DNA of 26,133 nt, taken from assembly GCA_035455965.1 (NCBI GenBank), contig DATIED010000267.1, positions 1-26,133 of the forward strand. The letters are read 5' to 3'. The translations under genes were made by a program, and so were the position numbers. This stretch comes from Spongiibacteraceae bacterium. GTDB taxonomy: Bacteria; Pseudomonadota; Gammaproteobacteria; Pseudomonadales; CAMLJR01. Numbering within the stretch: position 1 is the first letter of the stretch; each line of letters opens with the position of its first letter. The notes beneath the pieces were generated by a model, which saw only the letters and a list, made by a program, of their open reading frames with translations, had not been told where the DNA came from and did not search any database. This document shows, in pieces, positions 1-7,973 of this stretch.

Positions 1-149
1 AAATCGACGCCATCGAGCGCGTTGACCGTTTGTTCGCCCAGTTGAAATGTCTTGGCCAAATCGCGCAGCTCGATGACGATATCGTTCCGTGTCGCAGCGG
101 CGTCGAGCGGACGGAGCTCAGTAGCGCTTACCGACACATCGTCATTCAT
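1..149 (-). CDS. ABC transporter ATP-binding protein, MacB/LolD-like; N-terminal fragment running off the window edge
   Basis: Not in the ORF track. Manual translation from the ATG at 149 gives MNDDVSVSATELRPLDAAATRNDIVIELRDLAKTFQLGEQTVNALDGVD, the typical pre-Walker-A segment of MacB/LolD ATPases. It overlaps the upstream adaptor gene's stop by 8 bp (operon coupling). Confidence 0.8.
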   Translation of the reverse strand, partial: MNDDVSVSATELRPLDAAATRNDIVIELRDLAKTFQLGEQTVNALDGVD

Positions 150-1278
150 GTTTTATCTCGGCGCGCACGCCTTCTTTAATGCCTGGTTGATCCGGGCTGC
201 GCACCACCAATTCGCCCTCCTGCAGACCCGACCGCACTTCGGTAAACGTGAAATTGCCGATGCCCAACTGCAATTTATGCTTGTTGATGGTTTCTTTTTT
301 CGTATCGAGCACCCATACATTATCGGTATTGACCAACGCTTCGGTCGGCACTCTCAGCACGCGCTCGACATTTTTTAAAACAATCGTAACGTCGGCGCTG
401 TATCCGATCAGCAAAATGACATCCTGCGGCACTTCGTCGAAACGCACATCGACATCGACAGTGCGCGCCTGCTTTTCCAGATCGAGCACATAGGGCGCGA
501 TGCGCGTCAGCTTGCCGCTGAACTGGCGATCGCGAAATGCATCGAGCGTAATTTTGACCGGCATACCCAAGCGCAATGCCGCCGCGTCCACTTCGTCGAT
601 CGGCGCGGTGGCATACAAGCAAGAGGTATCGATCAGATCGACCGCCGGCGGTGTCGCCACGCCCGGCGGCGACGGTGTTACGTATTCGCCGAGCTCACCG
701 TTGATTTCGGCCACCACGCCGGCAAACGGCGCGCGCAATTGAAAGCGCTCCAACACCGCCTGTTGCGTCGCTAATTGCGCCTCTGCGGAAGCTATCTGCG
801 ATTGCGCCGCCGCACATGCGCCCTGCTGCGCCAATGCATTGCTCTGCGCATTATCGGCGGCATCGATCGAAACCAGCTTGCGCTCGGCCAGTGTTTGCAG
901 GCGCAGCGATTCGCGCTCGCTGCGCTGCGCCATGACGCAGACCTGCTGTTGCGAATGCTTGGCGGAGTTTAATGCTGCCTGTGCCTGTTGTACTTCGGCG
1001 TGATGATCGCGATCCCACAACTCCAGCAGTAATTGACCGGGCTCAACGCGATCGCCCTTCTGCACCAATAGTTTGTCCACCACGCCGCCCAGCGGCATCG
1101 ATAACTTGGAGCGTCGGCACGCCTTGATGGTGCCGGCGCGCGTATTCGATACTGTTTGCTCAACCGCACCAAACTCTGCTTTGGTCACCCATACCTGTAG
1201 CGGATCGGGGCGCATGCGCCAACCCAGTAAAATTATCGCCACCACCAGTAGAGCCACCACTATTGCAATTTTTTTCAA
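142..1278 (-). CDS. Efflux periplasmic adaptor (membrane fusion protein, MacA/HlyD family)
   Basis: N-terminal TM anchor (KKIAIVVALLVVAIILLGW), lipoyl half-motifs (GGVVDKLLVQKGDRVEPGQLLLEL; LRAPFAGVVAEINGELGE), a central coiled-coil hairpin and a beta-barrel part. Start moved from 1320 to TTG 1278 because AAGGAAG lies just upstream; the start is uncertain. Confidence 0.9.
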   Translation of the reverse strand: MKKIAIVVALLVVAIILLGWRMRPDPLQVWVTKAEFGAVEQTVSNTRAGTIKACRRSKLSMPLGGVVDKLLVQKGDRVEPGQLLLELWDRDHHAEVQQAQAALNSAKHSQQQVCVMAQRSERESLRLQTLAERKLVSIDAADNAQSNALAQQGACAAAQSQIASAEAQLATQQAVLERFQLRAPFAGVVAEINGELGEYVTPSPPGVATPPAVDLIDTSCLYATAPIDEVDAAALRLGMPVKITLDAFRDRQFSGKLTRIAPYVLDLEKQARTVDVDVRFDEVPQDVILLIGYSADVTIVLKNVERVLRVPTEALVNTDNVWVLDTKKETINKHKLQLGIGNFTFTEVRSGLQEGELVVRSPDQPGIKEGVRAEIKHE

Positions 1279-1400
1279 TGCAATGCTTCCTTTGCTGTAT
1301 CGAGTCGGCCGCATGCGCATTCGACGCAGAAAACAAAAATACTCGGCAAACGCCGCGCGCGAATTTACAATTTCTCACCATCGCGCAACTTTTTACCATC

Positions 1401-1433
1401 GCACTTACTTTTGCTATTGCACTTACTTTTGCT
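1401..1433. repeat. Tandem direct repeat GCACTTACTTTTGCT x2 (18-bp period)
   Basis: Exact 15-mer at 1401-1415 and 1419-1433, in the divergent intergenic region between the exporter and the LTD gene. Confidence 0.9.
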
Positions 1434-1542
1434 GTTACACAGTATCACCGCAGACGTAACCCAGCCGACTGTAATGTAGAACACCTTCAATCGCTCCGAC
1501 ACGCCCCCGGCACCGACCCATTATTCTCGATCGATGCGCTCC

Positions 1543-1587
1543 CTGTCACGCTCATGTCATCGCGACTTCACATTCCATCGACATACT
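1543..1587 (+). promoter_or_regulatory. Putative PhoB-dependent promoter (three Pho half-sites plus -10)
   Basis: CTGTCAC(1543-49)-4-ATGTCAT(1554-60)-4-ACTTCAC(1565-71)-10 bp-CATACT(1582-87). The 11-bp period and 10-bp spacing match the three promoters upstream of phoB, pstS and pstC. The spacers are GC-rich, which is atypical. Confidence 0.7.
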
Positions 1588-1622
1588 TTCACCAGTTTAT
1601 TGTCCATCTGGAGTATGGCCCT

Positions 1623-2324
1623 ATGAAAATTACGACCAGGAGCAAAAGTTTGGCGGCGGCCATCATCGCTGCCACTTTTTTCGGCCCGTTGCTCAGCAGC
1701 GCCGAAGCCGCCACCGCCAATGTACGCATCACGGAATGGATGTATAAAAACGAAGGCAGCCCCGGTGAATTTATCGAATTCACCAATCTCGGTTCGGTCG
1801 CCGTCGACTTGACCGGCTGGAGTTATGCCGACAGCTCGGCGAAGGCCGGCGATGTATCGCTATCCGCATTCGGTACCGTGGCGGCCGGCGAATCGGTGAT
1901 TTTGACCGAAGCCAGCGCCAGCGCGTTCCGCACCGCCTGGAATTTGTCCGCCAGCGTTAAAATCATCGGCGGCAACAGCAAGGATAATCTCGGCAACGGC
2001 GATGCGATCAATCTGTACGACAGCAGCAAAACACTGGTCGACTCGCTGGTATACGGCAGCTCGCCGTTGACCGACGGTAAGAGCGGACGCCCCGGCAGCG
2101 CAGCGGCGCTCGGCGGCCAGAATCCCGCGCAGTGGGCCCTGTCTTCGGTCGGCGATATCGAAGGTTCTTACGCATCGATCGGCGGCGATATCGGCAGCCC
2201 GGGCAAAACCTCCTTCGTCTCCGCGCCCTCCGCAGTGCCGCTACCGGCCGCGCTGCCAATGTTCTTAAGCGGCTTCGGTCTGCTGGGGCTGGGCGGCCTG
2301 CGTCGCAAAAACTCCGCTAAATAA
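1623..2324 (+). CDS. Secreted lamin-tail-domain (LTD) protein with VPLPA-CTERM (exosortase-target) anchor, 233 aa
   Basis: SD GGAG at 1610-13 and ATG at 1623. Signal peptide MKITTRSKSLAAAIIAATFFGPLLSSAEA. LTD signature VRITEWMY...GEFIEFTNLGSVAVDLTGWSY...ESVIL...LGNGDAINLYD. C-terminus VPLPAALPMFLSGFGLLGLGGLRRK (motif, TM segment, basic cluster). Confidence 0.88.
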   Translation: MKITTRSKSLAAAIIAATFFGPLLSSAEAATANVRITEWMYKNEGSPGEFIEFTNLGSVAVDLTGWSYADSSAKAGDVSLSAFGTVAAGESVILTEASASAFRTAWNLSASVKIIGGNSKDNLGNGDAINLYDSSKTLVDSLVYGSSPLTDGKSGRPGSAAALGGQNPAQWALSSVGDIEGSYASIGGDIGSPGKTSFVSAPSAVPLPAALPMFLSGFGLLGLGGLRRKNSAK

Positions 2325-2526
2325 GCGCACTGCACTCAATCGGTCTTACACAGCCGGTTGTACCAGTCGGTTGCAAACGAACCGACGCTGCCATCAGCCT
2401 TACCCCGCGACGGTTATACATCACCTGTCGCCGGGGCACTCTTATCCCACCCTCCACCGGCTTGCATAGCCTCGATCGTTGCGGAACAATGCCGCTCCGC
2501 TGCGATTACAATCGATAAGGAAAGCT

Positions 2527-5403
2527 ATGCGCCGCCGTCTATTTCCCGAGCCCAACTTATTTAACGCGCTGTTGCGCAGCTTGCTTTTAGCGGCGGCTTT
2601 TCTGCTTCATACCCCATCATTACACGCCGCCGACGAAATCCCTTACCAACAATTCGTACTCGCTAACGGCCTGCGGCTGATCGTGCACGAAGACCATAAA
2701 GCGCCATTGGTGGCGGTCGATTTGTGGTATCACGTCGGCTCGAAAAACGAAAAGCCAGGCCAAACCGGCTTTGCGCATTTGTTCGAGCATCTGATGTTCA
2801 ATGGCAGCCAAAATTTTAACGACGAATATTTCCGCCCGTTCGAAAAAGCCGGCGCCACCGATCAGAATGGCACCACCAGTAACGATCGCACGAACTATTT
2901 CGCTACCGTGCCGACGCCGGCGCTCGACATGGCGCTGTGGATGGAGTCGGATCGCATGGCAAATTTATTGCCTGCGCTGGATCAGGCGAAATTGGATGAA
3001 CAACGCGGCGTGGTGAAAAACGAAAAGCGCCAGGGCGATGATCGTCCATTCGGTAAGGTATGGGCTTTCATCGCCGCGCACACTTTCCCGGCCGGACATC
3101 CGTATGCCTGGGAGCCGATCGGCTCGATGGCCGATCTCGATGCGGCAACGCTCGACGACGTGCATGCCTGGTTTAAACAATACTACGGCCCCAATAATGC
3201 AGTGCTGGTCATCGCCGGCGATATCGATACGGCAGCGGTTAAAAAGCAGGTCGAACATTATTTCGGTTCGATTCCTCCAGGCCCGGCTCCACAGCAAATC
3301 GAAAGTTGGATCGCCAAACGCAGCGAAGAGAAGCGCGCGACGCTGCAGGATCGAGTGCCGAATGCGCGCGTTTATTTGATCTGGAATACGCCGCCGGCGC
3401 GCGACACAGTATCGAATCAACTCGATTTGCTCGCCGATCTGCTGGCCGGCGATGCCGACGGCTTTCTCACGCAAAAGCTGGTGCAGCAAAAAAAACTGGC
3501 CACCAATGTCAGCGCACTTAACTACGGCCGCGAAATCGCCGGGCAATTCTGGATCACTGCCGACGCCGCGCCGGGCGTCGATCCGCTCCTGCTCGAACAA
3601 CAATTGCGCGCGGCGCTACGCGAGTTTCTACAGCGCGATCCGCATGCTGCCGATTTAGCGCGGGCTAAAATTAATTATCGCGCAAACTTTTTGCGCCAAC
3701 TGGAAAAAGTCGGCGGCTTCAGCGGCAAAGCCGATGTATTAGCCAGCGGCGCAGTGTTCGCCAACGACGCGAGCTATTATCAGCGCGCGCTGCGCGACGT
3801 CGAAACCACCAGCGGCACGCAACTGCGCGATGTGGCGCGCCAGTGGCTCGATAGCGGCGTCTACGTACTGCAGGTAACACCGCAGGCCGAATTGAAAGCC
3901 AACGGCGAAGTCGTCGATCGCTCGCAAGTGCCCGCCCCCGGTGCCGCACCCGCGCCGAATCTACCGCCGGTGCAGCGCGCGCAACTCGATAACGGCATGC
4001 AATTAATACTGCTGCGCCGCCCCGAACTGCCGCTGGTAGAAATGGAGTGGCAATTGCCGATCGGCCGCAACGTCGATGGCTGGCAACACGCGGGCTTAAG
4101 CGATTTTGCGCTGCGCATGTTGCTGGAGAGCAATGCCGAACTCGACAGCGCGGCAATCGCGGCAAAAATTCATAGCCTGGGTGCCGAAATCGATACCTTC
4201 ACACGTATCGATAGTGCGGGCGTGCGCTTATCCGCCCTGAAAGACCATCTCGATGCCAGCACTGCTTTATTTGCGCGCTTAATTCGCCAGCCCGACTTTG
4301 CCGATGTGGCGATCAAGCGTTTGCAGGCGCAAACGCTGGCAACCATCAAACGCGAAGAGCAATCCGGCAACGGCCTGGCGCAACGAGTCCTGCCGCGCCT
4401 ACTGCTTGGCACCACCGATGCGGATAGCGGACCGCTGAGCAGCAATGGCCGCCGCAGCGTGATCGCCGCACTCGATCGCGAGCAACTGCAAAATTTTCAT
4501 CAACGCTGGTTTAATCCGCAACGAGCAACCTTGATTGCGGTGGGCGACTTAACCATGGAGCAGTTCAAGATACTGGCGGAGCAATATTTTTCAGAACGAC
4601 ATTTTGCGGAACAACATGCTACCGATGCGCATCAGGCCAGGGGCGAAAAAACAACGCGATGGCCCACTGCGACGACCGCGCTACCACCGGCACATAGCGT
4701 TACAGCGGTCGATATGTCAGCAGTGGCCGCAAAGCCAACGCTGTATTTTATCGATCTGCCCGGCAGTAGCCAGGCCAATATCAGCGCGGCAACCGTGTTG
4801 CCCGCTGCGAACACCATCGATATGACCGCCCTGAGCCTGGCTAACAATATATTCGGCGGTGGCTTTACCTCGCGCTTGAATTTAAATTTGCGCGAAGATA
4901 AACACTGGAGTTACGGCACCTATAGCAGCCTGCTCGAAAGCCGTGGCACCCAATTCTGGATAGCCGCCGGCAATGTGCAGATCGACAAAACCGGCGCAGC
5001 GTTGGCAGAAATGCGCAATGAATGGCAGCAATTCGCCGGCGCGACCAGCAGCGCCAAACCGGTAACGAGCGATGAGTTCGAAAAAGTTCGCGAACAACGC
5101 ATCCGTCAGCTGCCCGGCGCCTACGAAACCAACAAAGCGCTGCTGCAGGCATTCTCCAAAAATGTGCAGTTGCAGCGGCCGGATAATTATCTCGCAGACG
5201 AAAGCGCTCGCCTGCGTGCGCTTGATCTAACGCTGCTGCAACGCCAGGTCGCTGCACTGTCGCCCAGCCATGCGGTATGGCTGGCGGTCGGCGACAAGCA
5301 AAAAATGCTGCCGCAACTAATGTCTTCACAACTACAGCAACTCGGCTGGGGCGATATCGTCGAACTCGATGTGGAGGGAGTACCGCTCAAGCAGGGACAC
5401 TAA
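2527..5403 (+). CDS. M16 family (pitrilysin/insulinase-like) zinc metallopeptidase, exported, two-half fusion
   Basis: Inverted zincin motif HLFEH (AHLFEHLMFNGS), downstream EQRGVVKNE, and a second non-catalytic M16 half. SD AAGGA precedes ATG 2527. Signal peptide ends ...SLHA|ADE. Confidence 0.93.
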   Translation: MRRRLFPEPNLFNALLRSLLLAAAFLLHTPSLHAADEIPYQQFVLANGLRLIVHEDHKAPLVAVDLWYHVGSKNEKPGQTGFAHLFEHLMFNGSQNFNDEYFRPFEKAGATDQNGTTSNDRTNYFATVPTPALDMALWMESDRMANLLPALDQAKLDEQRGVVKNEKRQGDDRPFGKVWAFIAAHTFPAGHPYAWEPIGSMADLDAATLDDVHAWFKQYYGPNNAVLVIAGDIDTAAVKKQVEHYFGSIPPGPAPQQIESWIAKRSEEKRATLQDRVPNARVYLIWNTPPARDTVSNQLDLLADLLAGDADGFLTQKLVQQKKLATNVSALNYGREIAGQFWITADAAPGVDPLLLEQQLRAALREFLQRDPHAADLARAKINYRANFLRQLEKVGGFSGKADVLASGAVFANDASYYQRALRDVETTSGTQLRDVARQWLDSGVYVLQVTPQAELKANGEVVDRSQVPAPGAAPAPNLPPVQRAQLDNGMQLILLRRPELPLVEMEWQLPIGRNVDGWQHAGLSDFALRMLLESNAELDSAAIAAKIHSLGAEIDTFTRIDSAGVRLSALKDHLDASTALFARLIRQPDFADVAIKRLQAQTLATIKREEQSGNGLAQRVLPRLLLGTTDADSGPLSSNGRRSVIAALDREQLQNFHQRWFNPQRATLIAVGDLTMEQFKILAEQYFSERHFAEQHATDAHQARGEKTTRWPTATTALPPAHSVTAVDMSAVAAKPTLYFIDLPGSSQANISAATVLPAANTIDMTALSLANNIFGGGFTSRLNLNLREDKHWSYGTYSSLLESRGTQFWIAAGNVQIDKTGAALAEMRNEWQQFAGATSSAKPVTSDEFEKVREQRIRQLPGAYETNKALLQAFSKNVQLQRPDNYLADESARLRALDLTLLQRQVAALSPSHAVWLAVGDKQKMLPQLMSSQLQQLGWGDIVELDVEGVPLKQGH

Positions 5404-5563
5404 TACTCGCTGGCAAAGAGAGAGATTGAGCGCAGCGGCAATTGGTTAAAAAAATTTAACGCGCCGCCGCAGCGGCGCTCTCTACAATCAATCGACCATA
5501 GTTTGCGCAGTCCCACAGTTTGCGAACACCACTTTGCGTAATATCACCAGGGAGATTTTTATT

Positions 5564-5971
5564 ATGCCGACACATCAACAAATCGAACAGGCTATTCATA
5601 CCCATTTCGACGCCTGGAATAAACAGGACAAAGTGCGCTGGATGGCCAACTTTGCCGAGAACGCGGTATTGGAGGACCCAGTCGGCGGCCCCAAGAAGGT
5701 CGGTCGCGCGGCGGTAGAAAAAAGTTGGGACCATTCCTTCAAGGAGGGACACTTCTGGACCATCGAGCCAGTACTGATGCAGATCTGCACTGACCAGGCC
5801 GCGCTGCATGTACGCAGCAAAGGCACCATCGACGGCCGCGCCATTGAAATCGACGGCATCGAGATCTACACGATCGACGACAACGGTAAGGTGGCGTATA
5901 TCCGGACCTGGTTCAACCCACCTGAGGGACAGGCGCTCGATCCGTATTACATGCAGGTGGATGGGGATTAG
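5564..5971 (+). CDS. NTF2/SnoaL-like protein, steroid delta-isomerase (KSI)-like
   Basis: SD GGAG and ATG 5564. FAENAVLEDPVGG matches the KSI FADDATVEDPVG motif. C-terminal YTIDDNGKVAYIR is typical of NTF2 folds. Confidence 0.8.
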   Translation: MPTHQQIEQAIHTHFDAWNKQDKVRWMANFAENAVLEDPVGGPKKVGRAAVEKSWDHSFKEGHFWTIEPVLMQICTDQAALHVRSKGTIDGRAIEIDGIEIYTIDDNGKVAYIRTWFNPPEGQALDPYYMQVDGD

Positions 5972-6215
5972 TTGTTAGTTGAAAGAGTATTCGGTGGCAG
6001 CAAGCTTGACAGCCCGGCGACCGAATGCTCTTTTCAAAACACTGGAAGCAAGCGGGTTTATATCGCTTGCCCGCAGAGAGCGATGATATCGAAAGAAGCC
6101 AACGTGAAAGCGTCGCTGATATCGTCCCGTACAAAGAAGTTTTGAAAAGAGTATCGGTCGGCGGGCTTAGCGCCAGTTGTCGTCGCCCTTACTGAGAAAC
6201 TGACAACTAGCCCCA

Positions 6216-6938
6216 TCAATTTCCGTCGTGAATCCGCGCTTCCAGCTCGCTGAGGCCAACGTGTCGCACGTCCTGGCCCTTCACCATATATACGACATGC
6301 TCGGCGATATTCAACGCGTGATCGCCAATGCGCTCCAGCGAGCGCAAACCCCACATAATATTTAACACCGAAGAAATGCTGCGCGCATCCTCCATCATGT
6401 AGGTAACCAGCGTGCGCATGGCGGTAGCGTATTCCATATCCACCGCTTTATCTTCCTGCGCCACCCTCAATGCCTGCTCGACATCGAGACGTGCGAAGCA
6501 ATCGAGCGCATCGCGCATCATTGCGCAGACGTGCGTGCCGAGGTGACGGATCTCGACCACGCAGCGCGGCATTTCACCATGGTCGATCAAGCGAATGGCG
6601 TGCTCGGCAATTTTGGTGGCCTCGTCGCCCATGCGCTCGAGATCGTGCAGCGCGCGGGTAATCGCCAGCACCAGGCGCAAATCGCCGGCCGCGGGATGAC
6701 GACGTGCCAGAATCAACGCGCACTCTTCGTCGATCAACACTTCCATTTGGTTGATATGGGCGTCGCCCTTCAAGACGCGCTCGGCCAAACCGCCATCGGC
6801 ATTCATCACCGCATTGATCGCGTCGGCAACCTGGCGCTCGACCATGCCGCCCATTTCCAGCATCCGTGTTTTCACGTCGTCCAACTCAGCGTTGAACTGC
6901 TGCGAAATATGATGCGAGTGAATATCCTTGTCGACCAT
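6216..6938 (-). CDS. phoU: Phosphate signalling complex protein PhoU
   Basis: HISQQFNAELDD start, PAAGDLRLV, DLERMGD and SLERIGDHALNIAE repeats. GAGGT SD lies 8 nt before ATG 6938. Follows pstB. Confidence 0.97.
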   Translation of the reverse strand: MVDKDIHSHHISQQFNAELDDVKTRMLEMGGMVERQVADAINAVMNADGGLAERVLKGDAHINQMEVLIDEECALILARRHPAAGDLRLVLAITRALHDLERMGDEATKIAEHAIRLIDHGEMPRCVVEIRHLGTHVCAMMRDALDCFARLDVEQALRVAQEDKAVDMEYATAMRTLVTYMMEDARSISSVLNIMWGLRSLERIGDHALNIAEHVVYMVKGQDVRHVGLSELEARIHDGN

Positions 6939-6988
6939 AGCCACTTACCTCGTAATAAATCTCTTGCGGTGTCGATCCAAATCGGATT

Positions 6989-7828
6989 TTAACCGTAGCG
7001 CCCGGTGATGTAATCCTCGGTCTGGCGCTGCATTGGGTTAGTGAACAGGCGATCGGTGCTATCGAACTCGATCAGCTTGCCCATGTACATGAAGGCAGTA
7101 TAGTCAGAAACGCGCGCCGCCTGCTGCATGTTGTGCGTAACGATCACCAGGGTATATTTGGATTTTAATTCGTAAATCAATTCTTCGATTTTCAAAGTCG
7201 AAATCGGATCGAGCGCCGAAGCCGGTTCATCGAGCAATACGACTTCGGGCTCGACCGCGATGGTGCGCGCGATCACCAGGCGCTGCTGTTGACCGCCGGA
7301 CATGCCAAGCGCATTTTCGTGCAGGCGATCTTTCACCTCATCCCACAGCGCCGCCGAACGCAGCGAGCGCTCGACCACTTCATCGAGGATCCGCTTCTTG
7401 TTGATGCCTTGAATTCTCAGGCCGTAGGCAACATTTTCGTAAATCGTCTTCGGAAATGGATTCGGTTTTTGAAATACCATGCCGACCCGACGCCGCAAAC
7501 CGGCTACATCGACGCCTTTCTCGTAGATATTGGCGTTATCCAGCAGGATTTGACCTTCGATGCGAACATCGTCGACCAAATCGTTCATGCGATTAAAACA
7601 GCGCAGCAACGTCGACTTACCACAGCCGCTCGGGCCGATGAATGCCGTCACGCGCTTGCGCGGGATATTCATATCGACATCGAACAGCGCCTGCTTGGCG
7701 TTGTAGAAAAGCTTTAATTTTTGCACCGAGAGACACACTTCCTCGCTCTCGAGCGAACGCTGCGCCTGGCTGCGGCCGAGCTGGCTGATATCCATCGCAT
7801 GCGATTTTACGGTTGGCGCTTCCGACAT
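6989..7828 (-). CDS. pstB: Phosphate ABC transporter ATP-binding protein PstB
   Basis: Walker [18 protein letters not shown], signature MSGGQQQRL, Walker B VLLDEP, C-terminal [10 protein letters not shown]. Confidence 0.98.
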   Translation of the reverse strand: MSEAPTVKSHAMDISQLGRSQAQRSLESEEVCLSVQKLKLFYNAKQALFDVDMNIPRKRVTAFIGPSGCGKSTLLRCFNRMNDLVDDVRIEGQILLDNANIYEKGVDVAGLRRRVGMVFQKPNPFPKTIYENVAYGLRIQGINKKRILDEVVERSLRSAALWDEVKDRLHENALGMSGGQQQRLVIARTIAVEPEVVLLDEPASALDPISTLKIEELIYELKSKYTLVIVTHNMQQAARVSDYTAFMYMGKLIEFDSTDRLFTNPMQRQTEDYITGRYG

Positions 7829-7842
7829 CGATCGTTACCTGT

Positions 7843-7972
7843 ATTAATAACCCGGCAATTTGACGGGTTAGTAATGGACGCAGTATGCGTCCCTGCGGCC
7901 CATGGCCGCGAATACAAAGTACATCAGGAAGATGTACTTTGTTACCGGGTTAATAATGGCCTGTTAACAGGC
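7843..7972. other. Multi-hairpin structured intergenic element between pstA and pstB
   Basis: Hairpins at 7843-7875 (11/12 bp), 7876-7892 (7 bp), 7895-7909 (6 bp) and 7914-7942 (perfect 12 bp), plus a 14-bp palindrome at 7959-7972. A 13/14 direct repeat lies at 7864-7877 and 7946-7959. Confidence 0.75.
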
Positions 7973-7973
7973 G

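Noticed and set aside
1263-1622. 120-aa N-terminal extension of the LTD ORF in the ORF track
   Set aside because: It overlaps the divergent gene and the promoter region. The SD, signal peptide and Pho promoter all point to ATG 1623.
2965-3603. Long antisense or alternative-frame ORFs (for example 2965-3603, 9814-10362, 16656-17246, 18490-19128, 21198-21797, 23668-24336)
   Set aside because: They lie wholly within well-supported genes, have no recognisable motifs, and are expected shadows in GC-rich coding DNA.
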